Source: Desulfobacterales bacterium
GTDB lineage: Bacteria > Desulfobacterota > Desulfobacteria > Desulfobacterales > UBA2174
Length of the DNA stretch: 64,000 nt
Assembly: GCA_963668645.2 (NCBI GenBank)
Contig: CAXXWC010000018.1
Coordinates: forward strand, 256,001-320,000
Reading direction: 5' to 3'
Below, piece after piece: positions 30,954 through 39,160 of this stretch. The position numbers were made by a program, and so were the translations under genes. Below the pieces are notes generated by a model. It was not told where the DNA came from. It worked only from the letters and a program-made list of their open reading frames with translations, and did no database searches. The stretch's first letter is position 1. Each line of letters begins with the position of its first letter.

Positions 30954-32861
30954 TTATTGATTTGCTGGAGATCGTATGCACTTAACAGGAATGTTATTGT
31001 CTGTATAGTAACAGAATACCGGTGAAAAAAATCTAAACATGTTGACCACAAATTTTGCCTCAGGATCACACGAATCAAGAGCCTTTGCCTGGCAGTACTT
31101 TTGAAGAAAAGGAGTATGTAGCAAATCATGTATTTCCAGTTTTTCCTGTTCAGATAACAGGAGGTGCTCCCTGTCGGGATGGATAACATCTGCTTTTAAG
31201 CGCCATTGGATACGTTCGGTGGTTACCCCTTCCAAAATTCTCCGGAATGCATAGCGTTCAATCCCGTTATTAATTTTCAGGTGGGAAGGCAGGTTATAGG
31301 AAAATTCGACCAACGGAACATCCAGCATGGGGTAACGGAATTCTACCCGGAACATGCGGGCGCTTAGTTCCGAGTCAATCAGGCGTTGTTCAACGCCAAT
31401 ATCAAATAACTCACGGCGGTGATGAGCTTTGGTAGAATAATAATGGTGATAGCCATTGGTGAAGGCTTTTAATTGTGGGATTAAACGGTAACGCTTTATG
31501 TAGTTTTCCCTCAGCAGACTGTATTGACTTCTTTGCCACAGCGCATGTTCCAGGCCCCCGCGTTTCCGGGCATACCACCAGGCCAGTTGAGGCGCAAGAT
31601 GTTTCATCAGCAGATGTAGCCATGCTTTATATGGAGTACCTCCGCGGCCTCGTTTGTGTTTATCTTTGAACAACCGGTGTATCTTGCGCCATTTTAACGC
31701 GTTAAAAAGCTCGCTTTCGTAAAAATCGCCATAGGTTGAAACGCAGTGGTCGCCGCCCCATCCTGCCAGCAGCACGCGGGCATCCTTCTGATGTGCCAGT
31801 TTGCAATGCCATAACCATGCTCCCCGCAGGGCAAAGGCGCCTCCGGTATTGCTGATCAAATTTGCTTTATCCTCTTTTGCTGACTGTTCACGGGTCCATA
31901 CAGGCTGCAAATTATCATGCATATCCAGCATTTCAAAAATGTCTTGGTAGGTTTTCTCCCAAACCGGGCGTGTCTCTTCTGTTAACTCGGCACATTCATA
32001 GGAGAGCGTGTGGATTTTTTCTTTCGGTTTTATTGTTGCGGCATAACCGGCAATGCCGTTGGAATCCAGACCTTCGCTCAACTCACAGGCCAAAGGATGA
32101 TCGCTCTCTAAACGGACTTCGACGGCATGTTGGAACCGACGCTTTAATTCTGGTAGTAAATCTTCATCGCTCATGCCTTCCCACTGTGCATCATCCGCAA
32201 GTTTCCAGTACGGATCTGTAATGATAGTCCCTTTGGAATCTACTTCCATAACATGCCCGGCCGGTACCAATTCCAACCCCTCATACGCTGTTGCGACAGG
32301 GTCTGAGCCCAAATTCCATAACTGCTTAACCAGCCAGGACTCTTTCAGTTGTTTCTGAAGCCAGCCGGACGTAAAAAAAGCATTCGGTTCATTGGAGATC
32401 ATAACCCCTTTGTCGGTGCGACTGTAAAGCAGCAGCTTTACCCCGAAGTGGTCTCTCGCGCAAAACAGTTTTTGGTTCATCTCGTCCCAGATGATGAATG
32501 CAAAATCACCCAATAAATATTCAGGACACGCTTTGCCCCATTGCCGATATGCATGTAAAATCAGTTCCCCATCGGTAATTGTTGCATTATTCAGGTTTAA
32601 TTGCCGCAGTAGTTGCGCACGGTTGTCCAAACGGGCATTGGCACAGATCAGCGCCCCCGTTTGACGGTCCGTACAAACATGATCTTTTTTAGAAAGGGCT
32701 GTATTAAACAGGTTCGCTTTGGCAAGACGGCATGTATTGTTCCTGTTTCCGACCTGACTGACGGCATCGGGCTTCCAATAGCCGGATGCTTTAAGCATGT
32801 CGGACATGATATCCTCGTTAAAAGGTACTTTAGGCTGAAAGCAGCAATGAATGGTACTCAT
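30954..32861 (-). CDS. Asparagine-synthetase-like lasso peptide macrolactam cyclase (C protein)
   Basis: ARLDNR, GDFAF, ARDHFG, LSEGLDS, GWGGD, RYPMLD; no N-terminal catalytic Cys of AsnB; ATG 32861 overlaps the upstream stop; next to RRE and precursor. Confidence 0.85.
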   Translation of the reverse strand: MSTIHCCFQPKVPFNEDIMSDMLKASGYWKPDAVSQVGNRNNTCRLAKANLFNTALSKKDHVCTDRQTGALICANARLDNRAQLLRQLNLNNATITDGELILHAYRQWGKACPEYLLGDFAFIIWDEMNQKLFCARDHFGVKLLLYSRTDKGVMISNEPNAFFTSGWLQKQLKESWLVKQLWNLGSDPVATAYEGLELVPAGHVMEVDSKGTIITDPYWKLADDAQWEGMSDEDLLPELKRRFQHAVEVRLESDHPLACELSEGLDSNGIAGYAATIKPKEKIHTLSYECAELTEETRPVWEKTYQDIFEMLDMHDNLQPVWTREQSAKEDKANLISNTGGAFALRGAWLWHCKLAHQKDARVLLAGWGGDHCVSTYGDFYESELFNALKWRKIHRLFKDKHKRGRGGTPYKAWLHLLMKHLAPQLAWWYARKRGGLEHALWQRSQYSLLRENYIKRYRLIPQLKAFTNGYHHYYSTKAHHRRELFDIGVEQRLIDSELSARMFRVEFRYPMLDVPLVEFSYNLPSHLKINNGIERYAFRRILEGVTTERIQWRLKADVIHPDREHLLLSEQEKLEIHDLLHTPFLQKYCQAKALDSCDPEAKFVVNMFRFFSPVFCYYTDNNIPVKCIRSPANQ

Positions 32862-34129
32862 AATCTCTGATTCTTTTTGCTTTCGAAAATGTCCTGTCTG
32901 GCGTATGATATGTGAGCAGGCATAAGAACCGGCCCATTTAACTGGTGTGGGGCAACTCCCCAATTAATATTGCCTTCAATAAGCCGCACGCCCTCCGGCG
33001 TAACTGCCAGGTCCCAGCCGATGCTGAACAGATCGGGGAAAACAGCGTGCGCTTTTTGTGCTATCTCCACCAATTCTTGCCAGTGTACAACCAGATGTCC
33101 GGGAACATGTTCGAACCTCGGTTCAATCTCTCTTTTTATGGTAACCGGTTTTTCTTTTAACGCCAGTATTGTCCCGTTTTGCAGGTCAACAGGAAGCGGA
33201 TAAACGTATCCGGAGCTGTCGTTTACAGGAAATTCAGCAATGGCCGAAATGGGTAGCGCCTTATTTCCTGACCAAACCGTTATCACCCGAAAGGTTATCA
33301 GGCTATGAAACTCCGAAAGCCTTTGCATATCGGGATGGTTAAGCAGAAGCGGTTGTACCAGGTAGTCCTGTTTTTCAGTCAATGATTGGAAAAAAGAAAT
33401 AATTTCTCCCCTGCTGTCTACCGTATTATCTTCATCAACAAACAGAGAATAACTGTCTGTTGATGAATGATATTCCAATTCGTAAGCTCCGATTTTCCGG
33501 CTGCCACACAAGGGCTTCAGAAATAACGATGTCTGCTGGAACAGTTGCCCTTGGGTGATCCGACTCCCTTTACGAATAACAATTCCATCAATAACGGGGA
33601 GACCTTGTTTCCGCATGTCCTGTGCAAAGGCCGCCTTATCGGATAAAAGATTCGCCGTTTTTGGGCTCAGGTCAGGAGACATGACACGATGCCAGTTGGG
33701 GAGCTCATGGGTATAGATAAAGTTGAGCCACTCCAATGTTGTATAACGATAAAGCCGGTAGCGGTAATAAAAGCCCGGCGGTGTTGTTTGCAGGAAAACC
33801 AGTTTCAGTAAATCAACAAATTGCTTGTTGCGCGGTATGCCGGTTTTTTCCTGTAAAACAGGGCTGAGTCTTTTCCATACCCTCAAAAGTTGTATCCACC
33901 CCTGAAAAGCAAACCACTTTGTATAGCTGAACAAGGAAACAATATACCATACGGCTCGCGGTTTACCGGGGAAAGCATGTAAAAAAACCAACTTGTGCAA
34001 TCGGACAGCAACATTTTGTCCGGGCAATAGAAAACGCCAGCTTAAAATCGCATAAGGAACAGGATGCCTAAGGATCTGGTTTAGACGATTTTTAAGATTC
34101 AATACGTTAGTAATCAGTCCTGCAAACAA
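32858..34129 (-). CDS. ATP-grasp protein (sugar-transfer-associated ATP-grasp-like family)
   Basis: SDKAAF, FLKP..GS, LVQP.L.NH, TFRVIT, IGWDLAVTPEG..LIEGN; TTG start uncertain. Confidence 0.8.
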   Translation of the reverse strand: MFAGLITNVLNLKNRLNQILRHPVPYAILSWRFLLPGQNVAVRLHKLVFLHAFPGKPRAVWYIVSLFSYTKWFAFQGWIQLLRVWKRLSPVLQEKTGIPRNKQFVDLLKLVFLQTTPPGFYYRYRLYRYTTLEWLNFIYTHELPNWHRVMSPDLSPKTANLLSDKAAFAQDMRKQGLPVIDGIVIRKGSRITQGQLFQQTSLFLKPLCGSRKIGAYELEYHSSTDSYSLFVDEDNTVDSRGEIISFFQSLTEKQDYLVQPLLLNHPDMQRLSEFHSLITFRVITVWSGNKALPISAIAEFPVNDSSGYVYPLPVDLQNGTILALKEKPVTIKREIEPRFEHVPGHLVVHWQELVEIAQKAHAVFPDLFSIGWDLAVTPEGVRLIEGNINWGVAPHQLNGPVLMPAHISYARQDIFESKKNQRL

Positions 34130-34141
34130 AACTATCGTCTA

Positions 34142-34291
34142 CTATGAAGGTCCAAACGTAGTTAGACCGCTTGCACTCTCAGCCGCAGTAACGTTTTTTG
34201 CTTCTGTTCTCGATTCTACATCCAGATCAATAATTTCGGGTGTTTGCCAGGCTTTTTTAGCTTTCACAGGAATCCGTTCTTCGTTTTCCAT
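34142..34291 (-). CDS. Lasso peptide precursor (paeninodin-type), 49 aa: MENEERIPVKAKKAWQTPEIIDLDVESRTE-AKNVTAAESASGLTTFGPS
   Basis: Hand-translated; RBS GAAAGGAG; leader KKAWQTPEIIDLDV (WxxP..LDV), Thr at -2, core Ala1 with Glu8, C-terminal Ser; lies between RRE and ATP-grasp/cyclase genes. Confidence 0.9.
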   Translation of the reverse strand: MENEERIPVKAKKAWQTPEIIDLDVESRTEAKNVTAAESASGLTTFGPS

Positions 34292-34388
34292 AATCGATCT
34301 CCTTTCAAAAAAATGAATGATGAAGGGACATCACACATCCCTCGAATAAAATATATCGGCCTAAAGTCATCTTTCCCAGGATATAACC

Positions 34389-34664
34389 CTAAACCTCCAC
34401 CTCGTATTTCTGGACAATGTCACACTTCACGGCCTTGTCCAGAAAGTCCCGGACCTCGCTTGTGCACTGCGCCTCGGTCACGTCGAATTCAGACATCAGG
34501 TTCTGTGTGATCTCCGGAAAACTTTTGGGTTCTTTAATCAGTTCCCATATTCGTTTCCCGACCGGATTCAGGCCGAAGTATTTCCCCTTTTCAATGTGCA
34601 TCATCACCTGGTTGTCGTCCAGTTCGCCGTCGATGATCTGTTCGTTTCGTCTGTATTTTTCCAT
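34389..34664 (-). CDS. PqqD-like RiPP recognition element (lasso B1/E protein)
   Basis: GKYFGLNPVGKRIWELI...FDVTEAQCTSEVRDFL. Confidence 0.92.
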   Translation of the reverse strand: MEKYRRNEQIIDGELDDNQVMMHIEKGKYFGLNPVGKRIWELIKEPKSFPEITQNLMSEFDVTEAQCTSEVRDFLDKAVKCDIVQKYEVEV

Positions 34665-34684
34665 ATCAATGGAATCCCTTTCAA

Positions 34685-35545
34685 TTATACGGTCAATTTC
34701 CCGTGGCTGTCCCTATAGCCAAACGCTTGCATGGTGTCGCCATGGTATGCCACAATTCTTTGTACCTGTTCTTCCGAAAGGTAATCCCGGTAGTTGCCGA
34801 TTTTGCCTTTCCAGAAAAAGTGATTGCTTTGTTGCAGCCGTTCCCTGAAACCATCGGTTTGTTCCATCTGCTGCAATTGTTTAAAATCGCTGTGCCGGAT
34901 GGCTCGTTCGAGCTGTTTTTCATCATATGCCAGCCCCAGGAAACGGACAATTCCGCCAAAGGTTTCCACGGGTTTTTGAATCATGTCTTCGTACAGGGTC
35001 ACATGAACCGGTATTTGTGATTGTGTTTTCCAGCTCTGCACGTGACTTTTCCACGACAATAGTTTCTGACGAAGCTGCCCACCCCTTTTTCCCGCTAACG
35101 ATGCCTCTTCATTGAGCAAAAGCGAAACCGTCTTCTCGATATTTTTGGCGCCGTGATTGGCGTAGGACACACACACATCCAAGGGATTTCGCACGAAATA
35201 AACGGCACATTTGCTCACCTCCTCCGGAAAGAGCGGGTCTCCGTTGAGGTTCAGGGTATACGCGTCGTGTACTTTTTTATAGAGAATTTCCCCGTTTTTC
35301 TCGGCTTCCTTGGACAGCGTACGGTACAGATCGGGTCGATACAGGTCGGCTTCATCGGCCTGGAGTTCAAAAGGGTTCAGCCCGATCTGTTCCTCGAAAT
35401 CGACGGAACTGCTGGCAATCGGGGTGGATTCGATCTCGTCTAAAGAGACCGGCGTTGCACTCTTGTTCCGGTAATTGGCCAGGAACATGCGAAACCAGGT
35501 ATTGCCCGATTTCGGATAGGAAGCCAGCCAGACGATATTTTTCAT
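34685..35545 (-). CDS. PAPS-dependent sulfotransferase
   Basis: 5'-PSB loop WLASYPKSGNTWFR, 3'-PB motif VRNPLDVCVS, YEDM, C-terminal KGKIG. Confidence 0.9.
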   Translation of the reverse strand: MKNIVWLASYPKSGNTWFRMFLANYRNKSATPVSLDEIESTPIASSSVDFEEQIGLNPFELQADEADLYRPDLYRTLSKEAEKNGEILYKKVHDAYTLNLNGDPLFPEEVSKCAVYFVRNPLDVCVSYANHGAKNIEKTVSLLLNEEASLAGKRGGQLRQKLLSWKSHVQSWKTQSQIPVHVTLYEDMIQKPVETFGGIVRFLGLAYDEKQLERAIRHSDFKQLQQMEQTDGFRERLQQSNHFFWKGKIGNYRDYLSEEQVQRIVAYHGDTMQAFGYRDSHGKLTV

Positions 35546-36375
35546 AAAGCCATCTCTTTTTCAATAAAACGCCTGGTTTCACGAATATCACAGATTCGGG
35601 GCCTGGTCATGCGGATAACCCGCACGTTGGCGGCCAGGGCGAACAATTGCCTGAAGTAGGTCTTTTCCGTTTCAGGCATGCCCCGCAGATAAACTCTCCG
35701 GTACACCTGGCGACGCAGGGCATTGTATTTTGCCATGCCATCGAGTTCCGTTGCCTGAAACTCGTCTTGATTGTGAACGCACAGGATAAAGATATAATCC
35801 AGGGGATGTTCCGATGTCGCTCTATCTTCCACGGGCAGGTAGAATTTATCCATGCCCGGCCGTATCCTCTGCAAAGGTTCGGAATCGATCTCAAACGTCC
35901 GGAGCGAATCATCCCAGAGCTTGATCCGTGTCTTGAGGGGGAGGATCGTTGTGTTTGAATCTGAAACAGCGACAGGGGTGATATCGTCGTTTATGAAAAC
36001 AGCGTCTTGCTGGCAAAAAGCAGCAGTGACAGACGATTTTCCCACACCTGAATGCCCGCAAACCATAACGCCTTTGCCTTGATACGCAAAGGAACTGCCA
36101 TGAAACGGAAGCATTCCCCGTTGATGCAGGATGGCGCCCAAGGCCGATCCCTCCAGAAAAAGCTCAATGGACGCCTGGTCCACGCCTTCATAAGGACATA
36201 TCGAGACCTGCCGTCCGTTTTGCACACGGTAACGGGCGACATTTTTCACATCCAGGTAAAAATCGGATTCGTTGATTTTGAAATGGGGACGAGAATAAAT
36301 ACAAGGCTCAGTCCCTCCCACCTCCTTTGCCTCTTTTTTCATTTCAATTGTTGTTTGAGGAAGTAAAAAGTTCAT
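35542..36375 (-). CDS. HPr-kinase-like lasso peptide kinase (PadeK-like)
   Basis: LHQRG.LPFHGS, P-loop GHSGVGKSS, NDD; in lasso cluster. Confidence 0.85.
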   Translation of the reverse strand: MNFLLPQTTIEMKKEAKEVGGTEPCIYSRPHFKINESDFYLDVKNVARYRVQNGRQVSICPYEGVDQASIELFLEGSALGAILHQRGMLPFHGSSFAYQGKGVMVCGHSGVGKSSVTAAFCQQDAVFINDDITPVAVSDSNTTILPLKTRIKLWDDSLRTFEIDSEPLQRIRPGMDKFYLPVEDRATSEHPLDYIFILCVHNQDEFQATELDGMAKYNALRRQVYRRVYLRGMPETEKTYFRQLFALAANVRVIRMTRPRICDIRETRRFIEKEMAL

Positions 36376-36449
36376 TTCTATGCTCGGTATTCAGATATAG
36401 AATTTTTACAGCAAGTCAACTGTTTACCGGATCGGTTTGCAGAGTCCGG

Positions 36450-36591
36450 TGCCTCATAGAGGCATTGTTCGCCATATTTCAAAGAACCACCGATCCGATC
36501 CGGCCCGGACGAAAGCAACCAAGGCACCATCGGCTTAAACCCAGAAAATACTTCTTCTGCTACAAGGCGATGGCTTAAGTTAATACCATTG
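36450..36591 (+). mobile_element. IS4-family right-end remnant
   Basis: Tail IRPGRKQPR...RKYFFCYK followed by CTTAAGTTAATACCATTG, which resembles IS4-family terminal repeats (recognised from memory). Confidence 0.55.
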
Positions 36592-36634
36592 TATTTAAAC
36601 TAGTTAACTTGTCAATAGGTATTTTATAAACGCT

Positions 36635-37430
36635 GGTATGCACTTGGCTCCAGTAACTACCATATGTTGTGGTTATAGATAATCGAGGTCGTCAAAATTA
36701 TCGTCCTCATCCGTTGCAATGCTTGACCTCAGATCACTGCCACCAATGGGATTTGCCATTGCGGCCTGTTGCACCAACCGGTAAAACAGCTTGCCGCGAT
36801 GTTTTGAGGTTCGACGATTGAAGCGAAATGTAAATTCGTCCAGGTAATAGGAAAGATGCGTCGGCCTTACTGCTCCCTGATAAGTACCCAGCAACCAGCG
36901 CTTCAGCAAAGCTGCCACCAAATGAGGTCGTTTCAATCCTTAGGAAGGCAGAACCTGGCGCTTGCAAGTTCGCCTCTTCCAATCTGCTGTATCCTTTTCA
37001 GTCGTCGGTTTGTACAGTTGTTCCAGGAACAAGGTGAGCCGTGACAAAAGCCGCCAAGCCCTTGGCCGAAGCGTCCTCGGTCAGCCCCAAACGGATACGG
37101 CCGATGCTTTCGCCTGGCCCATTTTCGGCAGCTATTACCACCAAGGATTTTCCTTTGGCGCCTCTTCCAGTGCGTCCAGGCCGAGGCCCTCCGATGTACG
37201 TTTCGTCAACTTGAACGTGCCTCACAAGCAGATCTCGTCCAGGTCTCACCATGGCGCGTCGAAGCTTGGGGAGCCACTCCCGGGCGGTATTGTAGCTTCC
37301 CAACCCAAGAACGCGTTGAATACCCAGAGCATTGGCACCGTACTTTTGATTGGTAACGTACCACATCGCCCGAAACCAGAGCTGAAGTGGTTTGCGGCTT
37401 CGGTGAAAAATGGTGCCCGCTGTTAAAGCT
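36635..37430 (-). mobile_element. Degenerate IS1595-family (ISSod11-like) element
   Basis: TAGTIFHRSRKPL..WFRAMW, VDETYIGG, LKRWLLGTYQG, YLDEFTFRFNRR split by a stop and a frameshift; N-terminus missing; end-like GGTATGCACTT at 36635. Confidence 0.85.
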
Positions 37431-37439
37431 GCATCCATG

Positions 37440-37969
37440 TCTACTGGCCCTGTGGCGTGGCCACCCATGTACTTGCTCTTTTTCCAGACCACCAAGTCTG
37501 GAACCAACCCGGCAACGGCCCGGCGGTGCAGGTAGTGACCCATGTCCCGGTAATAGTTTTCTTCTGATGGGATGCTTGAAAACAGTCTGACCAGCCGCAA
37601 ATCCAGCAAGGGCTATCGGTAGTCTGTTTTTCGGGTTGCGGCCATGAGGATCCGAGGATCAATTCAGTATCACAGATCCGCGCGGCCTCTGCGCGGGACA
37701 GATCCAATTTGCCGGCCAATTCATCCCGGTTGTCGATTCTGGCCCAGGCAACCCCATGGGTGTTTGACCCGGTATCATAAAATGGAACCGGCTCCTGCTT
37801 TGAAGGAGCGGTATTCCAGGTGACGCACTGGAACAGCAGAAGATGGTCGTCTTTTCAAATGCCGCTCTTGTCCGGGGCGGCAAAGGGCATCAGGTGTTGG
37901 ATCACATTCCGTTGGTCGACGGAATTGCCCGGGAAACGGAGCTTTGCGGTGAAAACTCAGGAAGAACAT
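37440..37969 (-). pseudogene. Second lasso cyclase/asparagine synthetase pseudogene (N- and C-terminal fragments joined by a large deletion)
   Basis: Hand-translated ...PDKSGI*...WARIDNRDELAGKL...CDTELIL joined near 37650 to MAATRKTDYR*PLLDLRLVRLFSSIPSE...YLHRRAVAGLVPDLVVWK; stops at 37855-37857 and 37613-37615. Confidence 0.8.
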
Positions 37970-38109
37970 GCTGATCTCTTGGCTTGAATCTGTTTCTGGG
38001 TAACCGTCCAGGTGAAATAATCCCACCCGAACGGTTACGATTGACAACCTTTAGAATATTCAGTAGTCGCTTTCAAGTTGTAAATATTTCCCCCAAAGAC
38101 GCCTCAAAT

Positions 38110-38283
38110 TTTTTCGATGTCTTTGCCGTTGCCTGGGAGTATGTGATTACTCCCGAAGGCCCTTACCTGCTGGAGGGGAACACCGGCCGGGGCACCCGCA
38201 TGCCGCAGATCATCCAAGGGGGGCTGCTCGGGGAAATACAAAAAGGTATGGGCGCTGCCGGAAAGGCCGTGGCAGGTCACTGA
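38110..38283 (+). pseudogene. C-terminal remnant of a second ATP-grasp gene
   Basis: FDVFAVAWEYVITPEGPYLLEGNTGRG aligns by eye with FPDLFSIGWDLAVTPEGVRLIEGNINWG of 32858-34129. Confidence 0.75.
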
Positions 38284-38422
38284 AATCTGCGCCATGATGG
38301 CGGCGCGCTATGATGTGGACAGGGATCAGTGTGAACAGGACGTTCTTGCCTTTCTCAACGATCTGGCCTCGGATGACACCATCCGTACGGTTCCGGTTGA
38401 AATTGAGAGTACAAGAACGTAA
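38231..38422 (+). pseudogene. Truncated second PqqD/RRE gene
   Basis: Frame absent from the ORF track: GKYKKVWALPERPWQVTEICAMMAARYDVDRDQCEQDVLAFLNDL; N-terminal half missing. Confidence 0.75.
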
Positions 38423-38450
38423 GGGGCTCGAGAAAAGGGATCGATTCCAG

Positions 38451-38948
38451 ATGTCCTCCAAAAATATTCAGAGGCTTTGGGCCGGCTGGCGGAAGTTCTG
38501 CTCGCGATCTTCAATCCAACAGCGCCTGTTTATAGAGGCATGGCTCTGGCTCGGCCTCAGCCGGCTGGCGATTTTGGTGATTCCTTTTCGTTGGATCGCG
38601 CCCTTTCTGGGTCAAACCATGGTGGAAACGCTATACAGTGCTCCGGCGTCGCCTCTGGCCCTCCAGATATCCTGGGCCGTGCGGGCCGGGAGCCGTTACA
38701 CCCCCTGGGAGAGCAAATGTCTGGCTCAGGCCATGGCCGCCAAGAGGATGCTCAAAAGACGGGGCTTGGATAGTACGCTTTATCTGGGCCTGTCAAAAGA
38801 TGGGAAAAACATGCTGAGCGCCCATGCGTGGCTGCGCTGCGGGGACCGGATTCTTACCGGGGGGCCGATTCACCGGCAGTTTACCCAGGTGGCTGCATTC
38901 GGAGATGCACCGCGACCGAAACGCAAGCCGAACCAGCGGTTAAACTGA
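38451..38948 (+). CDS. Lasso peptide leader peptidase (B2, transglutaminase-like)
   Basis: PWESKCLAQAMAA, LYLG, AHAWL.CGD; ATG 38451 after AAAAGGGA. Confidence 0.9.
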   Translation: MSSKNIQRLWAGWRKFCSRSSIQQRLFIEAWLWLGLSRLAILVIPFRWIAPFLGQTMVETLYSAPASPLALQISWAVRAGSRYTPWESKCLAQAMAAKRMLKRRGLDSTLYLGLSKDGKNMLSAHAWLRCGDRILTGGPIHRQFTQVAAFGDAPRPKRKPNQRLN

Positions 38949-38950
38949 AA

Positions 38951-39136
38951 ATGTGCACTGTATCAAAACCCAAGCACGTATACCATATTTTCGGCCTGAA
39001 CATGGCGTCGGAACTCCCTTTCCTTGACATGCCTCAAACCGCGGGAACCCCGGATGTCGTGGTTCGATATGGCAGAGTGCCTAAAAATATACTGAATGCA
39101 AAGATCAAAGGGGGGCGGTTTTTCCCTCAGCGATAG
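38951..39136 (+). pseudogene. N-terminal remnant of a second HPr-kinase-like lasso kinase
   Basis: YHIFGLNMASELPF...PDVVVRYGRVP resembles PadeK-like N-termini; stops after 61 aa with no P-loop. Confidence 0.7.
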
Positions 39137-39160
39137 CCTGACACGCCAATGGAGTGAGCG

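Noticed and set aside
30954..32861. Ordinary asparagine synthetase AsnB
   Set aside because: Lacks the N-terminal glutaminase Cys and lies with RRE, precursor and kinase genes
36998..37609. 203-aa ORF in the track read as a single transposase
   Set aside because: It is a chimera: the first ~60 aa are a cyclase C-terminal remnant and the rest is IS1595 transposase ending at a premature stop
36376..38110. A second lasso precursor for the decayed half-cluster
   Set aside because: No short ORF with a WxxP/YxxP leader and Thr at -2 was found by eye; a very degraded copy could have been missed
38310..38450. N-terminal extension of the B2 peptidase ORF
   Set aside because: Overlaps the RRE remnant in another frame; ATG 38451 has an RBS and gives a typical B2 length
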